The notes below the pieces were generated by a model. It made no database searches. It worked only from the letters and a program-made list of their open reading frames with translations, and was not told where the DNA came from. Shown here one piece after another: positions 30,767 through 32,000 of a DNA stretch of 32,000 nucleotides. Source of the DNA: Candidatus Poseidoniaceae archaeon. Lineage in GTDB: Archaea; Thermoplasmatota; Poseidoniia; Poseidoniales; Poseidoniaceae. Each line of letters opens with the position of its first letter. Position 1 is the first letter of the stretch. The DNA lies in contig CALSTM010000002.1 of NCBI GenBank assembly GCA_943789275.1, positions 390,001 through 422,000 on the forward strand. Direction: 5' to 3'. The translations under genes and the position numbers were made by a program.

Positions 30767-31909
30767 ATTCTTGGTAATTTCTCGGCCAATAATCATTTTT
30801 TGAACTTGCGATGAGCCTTCATAAATCTGCATAACTTTCGCTCCACGCATCAGGCGCGCAACGGGATACTCTTCAGAATAGCCGTAACCACCGAAAACTT
30901 GGACTGCATCGGTTGAAACTTCCATGGCCGTATCAGCAGCAAATCGTTTTGCATGCGCTGCAGATTCAGTGTTCTGGACTCCTGCATCAGAATCTGCTGC
31001 CGACTTCCATGTTAGCATGCGAGATGCTTCAATCTTGGTCTTCATATCGGCAAGCATGAATTGAATGGCTTGGTGCTTATACAGCGGTTTGCCAAAAGTG
31101 GAACGCTCTCCTGAATATTGTAAAGCATGCTCATAGGCAGCCCGAGCAAGACCCGTAGCATGGGCTGCGATGTTGGGTCGGCTCATGTCAAACGCTTTCA
31201 TAGCGTTCATCCAACCGCCTGATTCTGAACCTCCAACCAACTGGTCCGCAGGAATGCGAACATCATCGAACTGTATCGAACGAGTATCTGAGCAACGCTG
31301 ACCCATGTTGGTTTCTTTCTTACCAAGAGAAAATCCCTCGGCTGTGCTTTCGACAATGAAACCTGACATCCCTTTGTATCCTGCATCGACATCAGTCTTG
31401 GCTAGAACGAAAAAGAAGTCAGCATAACCTGCACCCGTGATCCACATTTTCGAACCGTTGATGACGTATTCATCACCGTCTCGAACTGCGGATGTCTTGC
31501 ACGCTGCAACATCGGAACCTGCACCAGGCTCGGTGACTGCATAGGATGCGAGCTTACCTTCTTCCGATACCATTCGCAACCACTTTTGCTTCTGTTCCTC
31601 AGTGGCACCCGTGATAATTGGTGCACATGCCAGCGAAGTTGCGTAAGCAGCAGTCGCAAATCCAGGGTCTCCCCATGCTAATTCCTCATTCACAAGGACT
31701 TCTTCCATAGAACCAAGTCCTGGTCCACCGTAATCCTCTGAAATATGTAAATTGAGCAATCCCATTTCGTGTGCTGCCTGTATGGCTTCTTTCGGATAAA
31801 CTGATTCTGCATCCCAATGTTCTGCATGTGGACGGATTTCGTCAACTGCAAACTCATGGGCCAGTTCCTTGAGCATCTCTTGCATCTCGTCCAGTTGGAA
31901 GTTCACCAT
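30761..31909 (-). CDS. Acyl-CoA dehydrogenase (short/medium-chain type)
   Basis: YGGPGLG, YAVTEPGAGSD, GSKMWITGAG, ERSTFGKPL, FGGYGYSEEYPV and RGAKVMQIYEGSSQVQ are canonical ACAD blocks. The track starts at TTG 31915; ATG 31909 (MVNFQLDEMQ..) is preferred. Confidence 0.9.
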   Translation of the reverse strand: MVNFQLDEMQEMLKELAHEFAVDEIRPHAEHWDAESVYPKEAIQAAHEMGLLNLHISEDYGGPGLGSMEEVLVNEELAWGDPGFATAAYATSLACAPIITGATEEQKQKWLRMVSEEGKLASYAVTEPGAGSDVAACKTSAVRDGDEYVINGSKMWITGAGYADFFFVLAKTDVDAGYKGMSGFIVESTAEGFSLGKKETNMGQRCSDTRSIQFDDVRIPADQLVGGSESGGWMNAMKAFDMSRPNIAAHATGLARAAYEHALQYSGERSTFGKPLYKHQAIQFMLADMKTKIEASRMLTWKSAADSDAGVQNTESAAHAKRFAADTAMEVSTDAVQVFGGYGYSEEYPVARLMRGAKVMQIYEGSSQVQKMIIGREITKNL

Positions 31910-32000
31910 GGACAACCCAAGGAGTCGCCCCTTATCTCTTCATTGATTCAGAAAGTAATCCACTTCCGATTGTACGCTTCCAATGTGATAAGGAAGAGAA

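Noticed and set aside
1-32000. Search for tRNA, rRNA, mobile elements, prophage or defence-island hallmarks
   Set aside because: All intergenic gaps are under ~160 bp and none shows cloverleaf-capable GC-rich stems. I saw no integrase, transposase, Cas, restriction or toxin-antitoxin motifs in any long ORF.

Overview
Gene-dense chromosomal window from an archaeon, almost entirely coding, with no rRNA, tRNA, CRISPR array, transposase or integrase that I can see. Archaeal hallmarks are PurP, the ADH-synthase/DHQ-synthase-II (AroA'/AroB') entry to the shikimate pathway, a GHMP-type shikimate kinase and an HTH_10 regulator. These sit beside bacterial-looking genes: a GPAT/PlsC-like acyltransferase, oligoribonuclease, an acyl-CoA dehydrogenase and S8 peptidases. 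That mix, the acidic surface proteins and the extreme compaction suggest a marine planktonic heterotrophic euryarchaeon (MGII/Poseidoniales-like); this is inference only. Layout: purP (partial); a membrane-anchored coiled-coil/DLDLH-module/EF-hand protein; an HTH_10 regulator followed by aroA'-aroB'-shikimate kinase-aroC-aspartate kinase (+ strand). Next comes a 14.4-kb run of minus-strand genes (22214 down to 7843): S8 peptidase, acyltransferase, a xanthine-dehydrogenase-family S-L-M operon, an acidic surface protein, and a DUF4350-like/MoxR/DUF58/polytopic-membrane operon. After that: an orphan giant membrane protein of ~1371 aa and ~35 helices (+), a second S8 peptidase (-), orn (+), xdhC and mocA (-), an orphan acidic protein (+) and an acyl-CoA dehydrogenase (-). 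The best candidates for undescribed biology are the peptidase/giant-membrane-protein/peptidase triad, the archaeal four-gene MoxR-DUF58 membrane module next to a Mo-enzyme operon, and the TM/ER-K helix/DLDLH/EF-hand protein. All family assignments rest on motif recognition by eye; no database search was possible. The ORF track counts GTG and TTG as starts, so I re-evaluated several starts using Shine-Dalgarno-like GGAGG/GGTGA motifs.
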